Part shown: one piece after another, positions 19,061-27,928 of the stretch
Numbering within the stretch: the first letter of the stretch is position 1
Layout: each line of letters opens with the position of its first letter
From: Thermoanaerobaculia bacterium
Lineage (GTDB): Bacteria; Acidobacteriota; Thermoanaerobaculia; Multivoradales; JAHEKO01
DNA: 63,477 bases
Reading direction: 5' to 3'
NCBI GenBank assembly: GCA_046756565.1
Contig: JBHHWO010000005.1
Span: 1-63,477, forward strand
Program-made: the position numbers and the translations under genes
The notes under the pieces: model-generated
Database searches by the model: none
What the model was told of the DNA's origin: nothing
What the model saw: the letters and a program-made list of their open reading frames with translations, nothing else

Positions 19061-19852
19061 GTGCTCAACGAAGATCTGACGGATCGTGTCGCGCTGGTTA
19101 CCGGGGCGTCGAGCGGCCTGGGTTTCGCGGCGGCCGCGGCTCTGGCGAGGAGAGGTGCCCGCGTGGCGATCTCCAGCCGCGGCGGTGCCAAGCTGAAGCG
19201 CGCCGAGGAAGTGCTGAGCCGGACGGCGCCCGAGGTGGTCGCCTATCCGGCAGACGTGCGCAAGCCCGAGGCCCTCGAGGACCTGGTGTCGGACACAGAA
19301 GAGACCCTGGGGCCTGTGGACATCCTGGTCGCCAACGGCGGCGGCCCCCGGGTCAAGCCGGCCGCCGAGCTCGACGACGCCGACTGGGAGGAAGCGCTAC
19401 CGCTCGTATTCCTTTTCATCCCGAGGCTGTGCAGGCTGGTGCTCCCAGGGATGCTGCGACGAGGCTGGGGACGGATCGTCGCGATCAACTCGGTTTCGAC
19501 CAAGCAGCCGATTCCGGATCTGGCCATCTCGAACACTCTGCGCCCGGCGGTCGTCGGGTATCTCAAGACGCTCTCTCAGGAGGTCGCGAACAAAGGCGTG
19601 ACGGTCAACGCGGTGCTACCCGGCTACACAAAGACCGCGCGTCAGCTCGAGATCGCCGAGGGCGTGGCGGCGCAGCGCGGAGTCGCGGTCAAGGACATCC
19701 TGGCGGAGCGCGGAGCCGACTTCCCGATCAACCGGATGGCGGAGCCGGAGGAGATCGGAGAGGTCGTGGGGTTCCTGTGCAGCCCTGCGGCTTCGTACAT
19801 GACCGGACAGTCGATCACGGTCGACGGCGGCTACGCGCGCAGCCTCCTCTAG
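19061..19852 (+). CDS. SDR family oxidoreductase
   Basis: TGASSGLG, DILVANGGG, SNTLR variant active site, TGQSITVDGG. Confidence 0.9.
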   Translation: MLNEDLTDRVALVTGASSGLGFAAAAALARRGARVAISSRGGAKLKRAEEVLSRTAPEVVAYPADVRKPEALEDLVSDTEETLGPVDILVANGGGPRVKPAAELDDADWEEALPLVFLFIPRLCRLVLPGMLRRGWGRIVAINSVSTKQPIPDLAISNTLRPAVVGYLKTLSQEVANKGVTVNAVLPGYTKTARQLEIAEGVAAQRGVAVKDILAERGADFPINRMAEPEEIGEVVGFLCSPAASYMTGQSITVDGGYARSLL

Positions 19853-19858
19853 CACTTC

Positions 19859-21337
19859 ATGGTGACCACGGGAACGCCCTGGTGGCGGCGAGACTGGCGC
19901 AGCGAACCGCCCGAGGAGCTGGCTCTGTCGATCGTGGTGCCGGTCTACAACGAACGCTACCTGGCGGCGATACTGCTGAAGCGCCTGTTCGAGCTCGAGC
20001 TTCCCTACGTCTCCCGTTTTGAGATCCTGGTGGTCGACGACGGTTCCACCGACGGCACGAGCGCGCTTCTCACGGAGGTCGCAGCGGCCAACCCCGAGCG
20101 CATGCGGCTGACGCTGCACCAAGAGAACCAGGGCAAGGGCGCCGCGATCCGTACCGGAATCGAGCAAGCGACCGGAGACCTGATCGTGATCCAGGACGCC
20201 GACCTCGAATACGACCCGCGCGATCTCGCCCGGCTGATCGAACCGTTCATCCAGGACGGCGCCGACGTCGTCTACGGCTCGCGGTTCCTGTCCGCCGAGC
20301 GCCGGCGGGTGCTCTATTTCCGCCACGAGCTCGGCAACCGGCTGATCACCTTCATGAGCAACTGTTTCACGGATCTCAATCTCACTGACGTCGAGACCTG
20401 CTACAAGATGTTCCGCGCGCCACTTCTCCAGTCGCTGCCGCTGCGCTCGAACGACTTCGCGGTCGAGATCGAAGTCACCGCGAAGATCGCCAAGCGGCGC
20501 TGGGTGTTGTACGAGGTGCCGATCTCCTACAGCGGCCGGACCTATCGCGAGGGCAAGAAGATCGGACCCGGAGACGGCTTCCGGGCGCTGTGGGCGGTGC
20601 TCAAGTTCTGGGTGGTCGACGACCTCTACAAGCAAGACGCCTACGGCGGCAACATCCTCCACAACCTGGAGCGCGCCCAGCGCTTCAACGGCTGGATGGC
20701 GAGTGCGCTCGAGCCGTGGATCGGCAGCCGGGTGCTCGAGATCGGCGCAGGTATCGGCAACATCACCGGCTGGATGATCCCTCGCGACCGCTACGTCGCG
20801 AGCGATATCAACGAGAACTACCTCCACTACCTGACCAACTTCGCGGGCGGCAAGCCCTACCTGGACGTGGCGCGGGTGGACCTCGAAGACACCGAGACGT
20901 TTGCCGCGCTCGGAGCCGATTTCGATACCGTGCTCTGTCTCAACGTCCTGGAGCACGTCCGGGATCCTCTGGCGGCGCTTCGCAACATCTACTCGATACT
21001 CGAGCCCGGGGGCCGCGCGGTGATCTACGTTCCCGCCGGCCAGTGGCTCTATTCGTCCCTCGACGACGCGCTCGAGCACCGCTGCCGCTACGGCCGCGAC
21101 CAGCTCCGCGAAGAGCTCGAAAGCTGCGGCTTCGAGGTGGAGCATCTCCAGAGCTTCAATCGGGCTTCGCTTCCCGGATGGCTGTGGAACGGCAAGCTCC
21201 TCCGGCGGCGCGGCTTCAGCCGGATCCAGCTCAAGCTCTTCGACGTGATGGTCCCGATCCTGTCGCGGGTGGACAGGTTGATCCCCTGGCCCGGCCTGGG
21301 CCTGATCGCAGTTGGGAAGAAGACCGATCCGGCTTGA
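19859..21337 (+). CDS. Dpm1-like GT2 glycosyltransferase fused to a class I SAM methyltransferase
   Basis: VPVYNE, VDDGSTD, NQGKG, QDADLEY and DVETCYK, then LEIGAGIG and NVLEH. Confidence 0.88.
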   Translation: MVTTGTPWWRRDWRSEPPEELALSIVVPVYNERYLAAILLKRLFELELPYVSRFEILVVDDGSTDGTSALLTEVAAANPERMRLTLHQENQGKGAAIRTGIEQATGDLIVIQDADLEYDPRDLARLIEPFIQDGADVVYGSRFLSAERRRVLYFRHELGNRLITFMSNCFTDLNLTDVETCYKMFRAPLLQSLPLRSNDFAVEIEVTAKIAKRRWVLYEVPISYSGRTYREGKKIGPGDGFRALWAVLKFWVVDDLYKQDAYGGNILHNLERAQRFNGWMASALEPWIGSRVLEIGAGIGNITGWMIPRDRYVASDINENYLHYLTNFAGGKPYLDVARVDLEDTETFAALGADFDTVLCLNVLEHVRDPLAALRNIYSILEPGGRAVIYVPAGQWLYSSLDDALEHRCRYGRDQLREELESCGFEVEHLQSFNRASLPGWLWNGKLLRRRGFSRIQLKLFDVMVPILSRVDRLIPWPGLGLIAVGKKTDPA

Positions 21338-21368
21338 CCGGTATCGGAACGACGATCACAATACCGAT

Positions 21369-21390
21369 CGAGACGCTCGCGTCTCGTTTT
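21369..21390 (+). terminator. Putative intrinsic terminator
   Basis: CGAGACG-ctcg-CGTCTCG stem followed by TTTT. Confidence 0.5.
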
Positions 21391-21420
21391 CCCCTGCAAG
21401 CCCAGGTTTCAGCCGACCTC

Positions 21421-22119
21421 ATGCGCCACTTCTTGCGAAGACTCGGGCTGCTGCCCTATTTGCTGAGCGGACGGCCGGTCTTCAACGGGCCGCTCTACCG
21501 CGAGGCGGAGCTGGCTCGGCTGGCGAACCTGTTCGCGCATGCCGACCTCGATCGCTGGCGAGGGCTTCGAGTGCTCGAGGTCGGAGCCGGCCTCGGACAT
21601 CTGGGTGACGCGCTTCGCCAGGTCGGTTTCGACGTCACCTCGAGCGACGGCCGGCCCGAGCATGTCGAGAAGATGCGTGCCGCGGGCAAGGAGGCGGTGG
21701 TCATCGACCTGGACGCCATCGAACCCGAACAGCTGACCGGCTACGACCTGGTTCTCTCGTTCGGCGTCCTCTATCACCTGGCGGAGCCGGAGCGGTTTCT
21801 GAACCTGTGCGGCGAGCATGCGCGCGTGCTGCTCCTCGAAACGGCGGTCCTGGACCGAACCGAACCGGTCCTGCAGATGGTCCGCGAATCCCGCGGCCGC
21901 CGCGGCCAGGATCAGGCGCTGGACTCGAAGGCGTGCCGGCCGAGTCCGGCCTGGGTCGAAGAGACCTGTCGCACCGCCGGCTTCGATTCGGTCCGCGACA
22001 TCTCGACGCCACTCGCCAACTGGAGCGTCGGTATCTTCGACTGGGAAGCCCGCGACGACGGTAGCTTCAAACGCGACGGCCTCAACTTCAGGAAGATGTG
22101 GATCTGCGAGAAGACATGA
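21421..22119 (+). CDS. Class I SAM-dependent methyltransferase
   Basis: VLEVGAGLG and FGVLYHL motifs. Start ATG 21421. Confidence 0.85.
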   Translation: MRHFLRRLGLLPYLLSGRPVFNGPLYREAELARLANLFAHADLDRWRGLRVLEVGAGLGHLGDALRQVGFDVTSSDGRPEHVEKMRAAGKEAVVIDLDAIEPEQLTGYDLVLSFGVLYHLAEPERFLNLCGEHARVLLLETAVLDRTEPVLQMVRESRGRRGQDQALDSKACRPSPAWVEETCRTAGFDSVRDISTPLANWSVGIFDWEARDDGSFKRDGLNFRKMWICEKT

Positions 22120-24314
22120 AGCAGGTAGTGCGCAGGGTCATCGACCGCAAAGGCCGAATCAAGGTCCTGGAACTGCCCGACGCGCACCTCGGAGCGGACC
22201 AGGTTCTGGTCGAGAGCCACTTCTCACTGATCAGCTCCGGAACCGAGCTCAGCACGATCAGGAAGACGCCGGCCGAGCTGGTACGCCAAACGGTCGCCGA
22301 CCCGTGGATGCGGGACGTGGTCAAGCAGACCATCCTCTCGGCCGGCCTGTCGCAAACCGCCGGACGAGTCTGGCAGGAGCTGATCATGCCCCGTGAGATC
22401 GGCTATAGCGGCGCCGGCCGGGTGCTCGCCCTGGGCGATGACGTCGAGGGGTTCCGGGTGGGCGACAAGGTGGCCTATGCGGCGACCGGACACGCCGAAG
22501 TCGTGGCCCCGACGATCAATCACATTGTGCCGGTGCCCGAGAGCGTCGACCTTCGTCACGCGGCGTTCGTCACCGTGGGCGGGATCGCTCTGCACGCCGT
22601 CCGCCGCGCCGAGGTCGAGCTCGGCGAGACCGTGGTCGTCTACGGCCTGGGCCTGATCGGGCAGATCTGCGCGATGATCGCCAAGGCCGCCGGCGCCGTC
22701 GTCATCGGAATCGACATCTCGGCCGAACGCCTGGCCACTGCGAGAAGCGCGGGCGTCGACGTCACGCTCGACCCGGCCGACGACGACGTCTCGCGCCGGG
22801 TCATGGACGCGACCGCCAAGAACGGCGCCGACAAGACGATCATCTGCGCGAGCTCGAGCTCTTCGGAGATCATCAACTCGGCGATGGAAATCACGCGTCG
22901 CCAGGGAGTCGTGGTGATCGTCGGCTACGTCAAGCTGGATATCCATCCCAAGAACTTCCTGTACCGGGAGATCGACCTGCGCTACTCACGCGCCTACGGT
23001 CCCGGGAGCTACCACCGGGCGTACGAGAACCGGAGCGTCGACTACCCCTTCGCCTACGTGCGTTGGACCGAGAAGCGCAATCTCGCCGAAGTTATCCGGC
23101 TGATCGGCAGCGGCGACCTGAATCTGGAGAGCCTGATCGGTGCGAGCTATCCGATCGACCGGGCGCAAGACGCCTTCACCGCGATTGCCGAAGGGAAGCT
23201 GGGAGGGATCGCCGCACTTCTCGAGTACGACGGCCTCGAATCCGGCGACGACAGACGAACGGTCCCGGTCCGGCCTCGCCCCAAGGCCGGCGGCAAGGTC
23301 GGGATCTCGATCATCGGAGTCGGCAATCACGTCCTCGGCCACCACCTGCCCCACCTAAAATCGATCGAGGGCGTGGAGATCCGCGGGCTGGCGTCGGCCA
23401 CGGGCAAGAACGCCGCCATGGTCGCCGAACGCTATGGGGCGACGACCATCACGACCGACGTCGACGAGCTGCTCGCGGACCCGGACACCGACGGAGTCCT
23501 GATCTGCTCGAGCCAGCCGGAGCACTTCGGCCATCTCCGTGCCGCGATCGCGGCGGGCAAGGCAGTCTACGTCGAAAAGCCCATGGTCACGAGGCTGGAT
23601 CAGTTCACCCAGATCGCGCGTTTGATGTCCCAGGACCCGGTGCCGTTCACCCTGGGCTTGAACCGCCGCTATTCGCCGATGGTTGCAAAACTCCGAGAAC
23701 TCCTGACCGAGCCCATCGAGACGGTGAGTTATCAGGTCAACCTGCCGTTCGTGCCACCCGACCACTGGTCGCTGGACGAGGTGGACGGCGCCGGGCGTCT
23801 GATCGCGGAGGGCGAGCATTTTCTCGATGTCTGCAACCTGCTCGTGGGCACGCAGCCGCTCACTGTCTACGCCCGGTCTCTGGGCGAGGCGCCCGACGAT
23901 CTGCGCGCACTCTGCAACTGCGCACTCACGGTGCACTACGACGGTGCTGTCGCGAACGTGGTCATCAACGAGTCCGCTGCTGCGGGAGTGCCGCGCGAGC
24001 GGGTGACGGTCACCGCCAAGGGTCAGACCGCCACTCTGGAGGACTTCGCCGAGCTCGAATATCGCGGCAGACGCAAGAAGAGCCTCGGCCGGAGCACCAA
24101 CAAGCAGATGGGACACGCGGAAGCGCTGTCGGCCTTCGTGGGCCATCTGCGCGGTGCAACCGGCGGCCCCGAGATGCTCGATTGGGAGGGCGCGCGCCGG
24201 GCGACGGCCACGATCTTCGCCGCCCAGGAGAGCATCCGCTCCGGCCAGCCGGTCGATCTCCGGGTGTTCATGAACGCGCTTCTCTCGGACGACTCGGCTC
24301 AAGACGACGGCTAG
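22116..24314 (+). CDS. Bi-domain oxidoreductase (MDR plus Gfo/Idh/MocA)
   Basis: SLISSGTE, GYSGAG, GLGLIG, YGPGSY and RWTE, then IIGVG, EKP and EGEHF. ATGA overlap with the upstream gene. Confidence 0.88.
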   Translation: MKQVVRRVIDRKGRIKVLELPDAHLGADQVLVESHFSLISSGTELSTIRKTPAELVRQTVADPWMRDVVKQTILSAGLSQTAGRVWQELIMPREIGYSGAGRVLALGDDVEGFRVGDKVAYAATGHAEVVAPTINHIVPVPESVDLRHAAFVTVGGIALHAVRRAEVELGETVVVYGLGLIGQICAMIAKAAGAVVIGIDISAERLATARSAGVDVTLDPADDDVSRRVMDATAKNGADKTIICASSSSSEIINSAMEITRRQGVVVIVGYVKLDIHPKNFLYREIDLRYSRAYGPGSYHRAYENRSVDYPFAYVRWTEKRNLAEVIRLIGSGDLNLESLIGASYPIDRAQDAFTAIAEGKLGGIAALLEYDGLESGDDRRTVPVRPRPKAGGKVGISIIGVGNHVLGHHLPHLKSIEGVEIRGLASATGKNAAMVAERYGATTITTDVDELLADPDTDGVLICSSQPEHFGHLRAAIAAGKAVYVEKPMVTRLDQFTQIARLMSQDPVPFTLGLNRRYSPMVAKLRELLTEPIETVSYQVNLPFVPPDHWSLDEVDGAGRLIAEGEHFLDVCNLLVGTQPLTVYARSLGEAPDDLRALCNCALTVHYDGAVANVVINESAAAGVPRERVTVTAKGQTATLEDFAELEYRGRRKKSLGRSTNKQMGHAEALSAFVGHLRGATGGPEMLDWEGARRATATIFAAQESIRSGQPVDLRVFMNALLSDDSAQDDG

Positions 24315-24318
24315 GACG

Positions 24319-25290
24319 ATGGCGGAGAGCGCCGAGCCCGCGGATGCCAGCTCGGGCCGAAGACCCACGCAATGGTGGCGTTGGGTTCTGGGCCTCGGGA
24401 TCCTCGCCACGATGATCGGAGTCGTCGGACCGGGTCAGCTGTTCGAGACGTTCGCCCGCATCGATCCCGGGCCGGCGATCGCGGTGATCGGCCTGTCGCT
24501 GGTCTGGCTCGGACTCGCCGGCCTCAACGTCTGGGTCCTCCTTCGCCCGATGACTCCGATCCGGCTATCGGTCTTTCTGCCGGTCTACGCAACCAGCTGG
24601 GCCGCCTCGCAGCTTCTGCCGGGCCAGCTCGGCGACGCCACCCAGGTGTTGTTGCTCCGAAAGCACGGCGTCCCCGCGGCTCAGAGCGGCGCCGCGTATC
24701 TGGTCGACAAGGCGGCGAGCTTCGCCTGGATGTCGCTGGTGGCGCTCTACGGCGTCGGCCGCTACACGCCGGGACTGAGCGAACGCCTGGACACAGCCCG
24801 CTTGGCGACATTCTTACTTGCCGGCGTCGTGGCGGTCGGACTCGGGATCGTCGTGGCACTCAGGCTTCCCGCCCGAGACGGCGGGCTCGCCGCTCGCCTG
24901 CAGGGCCTCCTGCGGCACACGCTCGCGGAGCTCGGCGGCATGCGCGGGCATCCTGGCGCGCTGGCACTGAACCTCTCCCTGACCCTGATCAAATGGGCGG
25001 TGATGGCCGCGATGTACGTCGGCGCGTTTCGCGCCTTCGGCACCGTAATCGCCGTCGAGCCGGCGGCGATCGTCCCGGTGATGAGCTCGCTGGTCGGTTA
25101 TCTGCCGATCACGGTGGGCGGCGCTGGAACGATGGAGATCACCGGGATCTATCTCTTCGGCCGGCTGGGAATCGAGGCGGCAACGGTGCTGGCGGTGTAT
25201 CTCTTCTTTCGGGTCGAGCTCCTGGTAATCGCCCTGCTCTTGGCGATCGTCGGAGGCGGTCCCGGCACCGGTTCGGCACGTGGCGGCTAG
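24319..25290 (+). CDS. Flippase-like membrane protein (LPG_synthase_TM/YbhN)
   Basis: Multi-pass hydrophobic protein with LPGQLGD and PITVGGAGTME motifs. Confidence 0.8.
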   Translation: MAESAEPADASSGRRPTQWWRWVLGLGILATMIGVVGPGQLFETFARIDPGPAIAVIGLSLVWLGLAGLNVWVLLRPMTPIRLSVFLPVYATSWAASQLLPGQLGDATQVLLLRKHGVPAAQSGAAYLVDKAASFAWMSLVALYGVGRYTPGLSERLDTARLATFLLAGVVAVGLGIVVALRLPARDGGLAARLQGLLRHTLAELGGMRGHPGALALNLSLTLIKWAVMAAMYVGAFRAFGTVIAVEPAAIVPVMSSLVGYLPITVGGAGTMEITGIYLFGRLGIEAATVLAVYLFFRVELLVIALLLAIVGGGPGTGSARGG

Positions 25291-25353
25291 AGCCGTTGGT
25301 CACCCGCTTTCTGCTAGGGTAAATCGTCTGCCCGACTCCTCCGGAAACCTCGA

Positions 25354-26679
25354 TTGAATCGAAAGTTTTTCTCGCTGCTGGCCCTGACTGCGGTCCTGGC
25401 CGCCTGCGGCCGATCGGACACGCCGCGCCTGTTCTTCCTGGGCATAGACGGCGCCTCGTGGGTGGTCATGGGCCCGATGCTCGATGCCGGAGAGCTGCCG
25501 AATTTCGCGCGGCTGCGTCGCGAGGGCGCGGTGATGCCGGACTTCGAGACCATGGAGCCGACCTCGAGTCCGGTGGTGTGGACGACAGTGGCCACCGGAA
25601 GGGATCCCGAGGACCACGGCATTGGCGGCTTCACCGATACCTTGCCGTCCGGTGACGTGATCCCGGTCTCCGGAAACTCCCGCAAGTCCAAGGCGATCTG
25701 GGAGATCGCCACCGAGCGCGGCAAGAGCGTCGGCGTCATCGGCTGGTGGGCGAGCTGGCCGGCCGAGGAGGTCAACGGCTACGTGATCAGCGATCACGCC
25801 AACCCGGCGCTATCCGAGCTGTTTCTCAAGGACAGGCGCTACTGGACCGCGGATCCCGAGGAACTCGCCAAGCTCCGCCGGGACTTCTATCCCCTGGACA
25901 TCGCGCCAACGCTCGCTGCCAGCTGGCTCGACAAGGACGAGTTCCCGTTCGAGGACGTGCAGCTCCGCTCGAAGATCAGCGACGAACAGGTCAAGCGCCT
26001 GCAATGGGCACCGTGGAACCAGCGCACCTACTACTCCTTCTGGAAGACCGTCTACACGATCGACTTCCCGCTCTTCCGGATCGCGATGGACCTCCTCGAG
26101 GAGCGGCCTGTGGACCTGCAGATGCTGTATCTGCGAGGACCGGATCCGGTGCAGCACTACGCCTGGCATCTGGTCGAGCCCGAGAAGTTCGTGCGCCAGT
26201 CGCAGAACTACGAGCGCGATCGAGGACTGGTCGAGGGGGTCTATCGCTATCTCGACGGCTTCCTGGGCGAGCTCCTGGACCGCCTCGACCCCAACACCTG
26301 GCTCATCGTGGCTTCGGACCACGGCGCCGAGCCGCGCGAAGACTCGATGGAACCTGGCACCGGCGGACGCCCAGGCACCCACGGCAGGGACGCCAGGGGC
26401 GTTCTCTTTCTGTGGGGACCGCACGTGCGCGAGGGTATGACGCTGGACAGGGGGACTCCCTGGGACCTGATGCCGACGATGGCCTGGCTGCTGGACCTGC
26501 CGGTGTCGGCCGAGCTGCCGGGCAACAGTCTGACCGAGGCTTTCGAGACGGAGTTCGTCGATCGAAAACCGGTGAAGATGACAGGAGGCTACGGTCCGAG
26601 GGAAGCTCTCCCGAGTCTCACCTCGGACGTCGACGAGAAGATGCTCGAGAGCCTGCGGGCGCTGGGCTACATCGACTAG
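25354..26679 (+). CDS. Alkaline phosphatase / phosphodiesterase superfamily lipoprotein
   Basis: Lipobox LAAC; GIDG, SPVVWTTVATG, DPVQH, SDHG; C-terminal LRALGYI. Confidence 0.85.
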   Translation: MNRKFFSLLALTAVLAACGRSDTPRLFFLGIDGASWVVMGPMLDAGELPNFARLRREGAVMPDFETMEPTSSPVVWTTVATGRDPEDHGIGGFTDTLPSGDVIPVSGNSRKSKAIWEIATERGKSVGVIGWWASWPAEEVNGYVISDHANPALSELFLKDRRYWTADPEELAKLRRDFYPLDIAPTLAASWLDKDEFPFEDVQLRSKISDEQVKRLQWAPWNQRTYYSFWKTVYTIDFPLFRIAMDLLEERPVDLQMLYLRGPDPVQHYAWHLVEPEKFVRQSQNYERDRGLVEGVYRYLDGFLGELLDRLDPNTWLIVASDHGAEPREDSMEPGTGGRPGTHGRDARGVLFLWGPHVREGMTLDRGTPWDLMPTMAWLLDLPVSAELPGNSLTEAFETEFVDRKPVKMTGGYGPREALPSLTSDVDEKMLESLRALGYID

Positions 26680-26718
26680 TGACCGCTTCGGCCTGAAGTC
26701 CGGCACGGGCACGCGACC

Positions 26719-27765
26719 ATGCGATTCGCCATCGACATCCTCCACCCGGCTCACGTTCACTTCTTTCGCAACTTCATCGGTGAGATGACCGGCCGCGGCC
26801 ACGAGTTCCTGGTCACGGTGCGCGAGAAGGAGTTCACGGGTGAGCTCCTCGATGGATACGGCATCGAGCATGTCTCGATCAGCAGACAGGCGCGTGGCAG
26901 CTTGGGCTTGGCCAAGGAGCTCGCGCTGCGGACCTGGAAGTTCCGCGGTCTGGCGAAGCGGTTCGGAGCCGACTTCCTGCTCGGCATCATGGGGCCCACG
27001 ATCGCACTGGCCGGCAAAACCCTGTCCTCCAAGACGGTGGTCTTCTATGACACCGAGATGGCCACGGTCACCAACTGGTTCGCCTACCCGCTCGCCGACG
27101 CGGTGGTGACGCCCACCTGCTACTCCGGCAAGGTTGGCGGCAATCACGTCACCTACTCCGGCTATCACGAACTCGCCTACCTGCACCCCGACCGCTTCAC
27201 CCCCGACCGCCGGGTGCTCGCAGACGCGGGGCTCGACGGCGAGCTGCCGATCTACGTGGTCCGTTTCGTCTCGTGGGAAGCGAGTCACGACATCGGCGAG
27301 AAGGGCTTCTCGATCGCTCAAAAGCGGCGGCTGATCGAGCTCTTGAGTACGCGTGGCCAGGTACTGCTGACGTCGGAAGGGCCGCTTCCGGAGGGACTCG
27401 AGAGCTACCGGTCCCGCGTGCCGATCGGGGACATCCATCATGCACTCGCGTGTGCGGATCTTCTGGTCGGCGAGAGCGCGACGATGGCTTCGGAGGCCGC
27501 GGTTCTGGGCACCCATGCCCTGTTCGTGTCAAAGACCGGCCGCGGCTACACCGACGAGCAGGAGCGCGACTACGGGCTGGTGCACAACTTCAGCGATGCC
27601 GAGGCCGAGAAAGCTCTCGCCGAGGTGGAGACTCTGCTGGCTCTCGGAGATCTCAAGGGAGATGCCAGCAGGAGAAGAGAGCGGCTGCTCGCGGACAAGA
27701 TCGACGTCACCGGTTGGATGGTGGACTACTTCGAGCGGGATGCGCGGAGCCCGCAGCGTTCATGA
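26719..27765 (+). CDS. DUF354 family protein (GT-B-like)
   Basis: HPAHVHFF, YHELAYLHP and GESATMASEAAVLG motifs. Confidence 0.85.
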   Translation: MRFAIDILHPAHVHFFRNFIGEMTGRGHEFLVTVREKEFTGELLDGYGIEHVSISRQARGSLGLAKELALRTWKFRGLAKRFGADFLLGIMGPTIALAGKTLSSKTVVFYDTEMATVTNWFAYPLADAVVTPTCYSGKVGGNHVTYSGYHELAYLHPDRFTPDRRVLADAGLDGELPIYVVRFVSWEASHDIGEKGFSIAQKRRLIELLSTRGQVLLTSEGPLPEGLESYRSRVPIGDIHHALACADLLVGESATMASEAAVLGTHALFVSKTGRGYTDEQERDYGLVHNFSDAEAEKALAEVETLLALGDLKGDASRRRERLLADKIDVTGWMVDYFERDARSPQRS

Positions 27766-27914
27766 CCGCTCGAGCAGATCGTCGAAAGCGTCCGTCGGAT
27801 CGGACCGAGCGGAGAGTCGAGCGACGCGGGCATACTTGCGGTATGTCGAGGAGCGAGACGCGAGTACCGGGCCGAGGCGACGGGCGATCTCGACTGGATG
27901 CCGAGCGGCCCATG
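27761..27914 (+). repeat. Long-hairpin intergenic element sharing the MITE core
   Basis: Nested stems CCGCTCG/CGAGCGG, GTCGA/TCGAC and CGTCCGTCG/CGACGGGCG; core CGACG..GCATAC-N5-GTATGTCGAGGAG..ACGC; bounded by CATG on both sides. Confidence 0.6.
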
Positions 27915-27928
27915 GATGCCGCGGGCTA

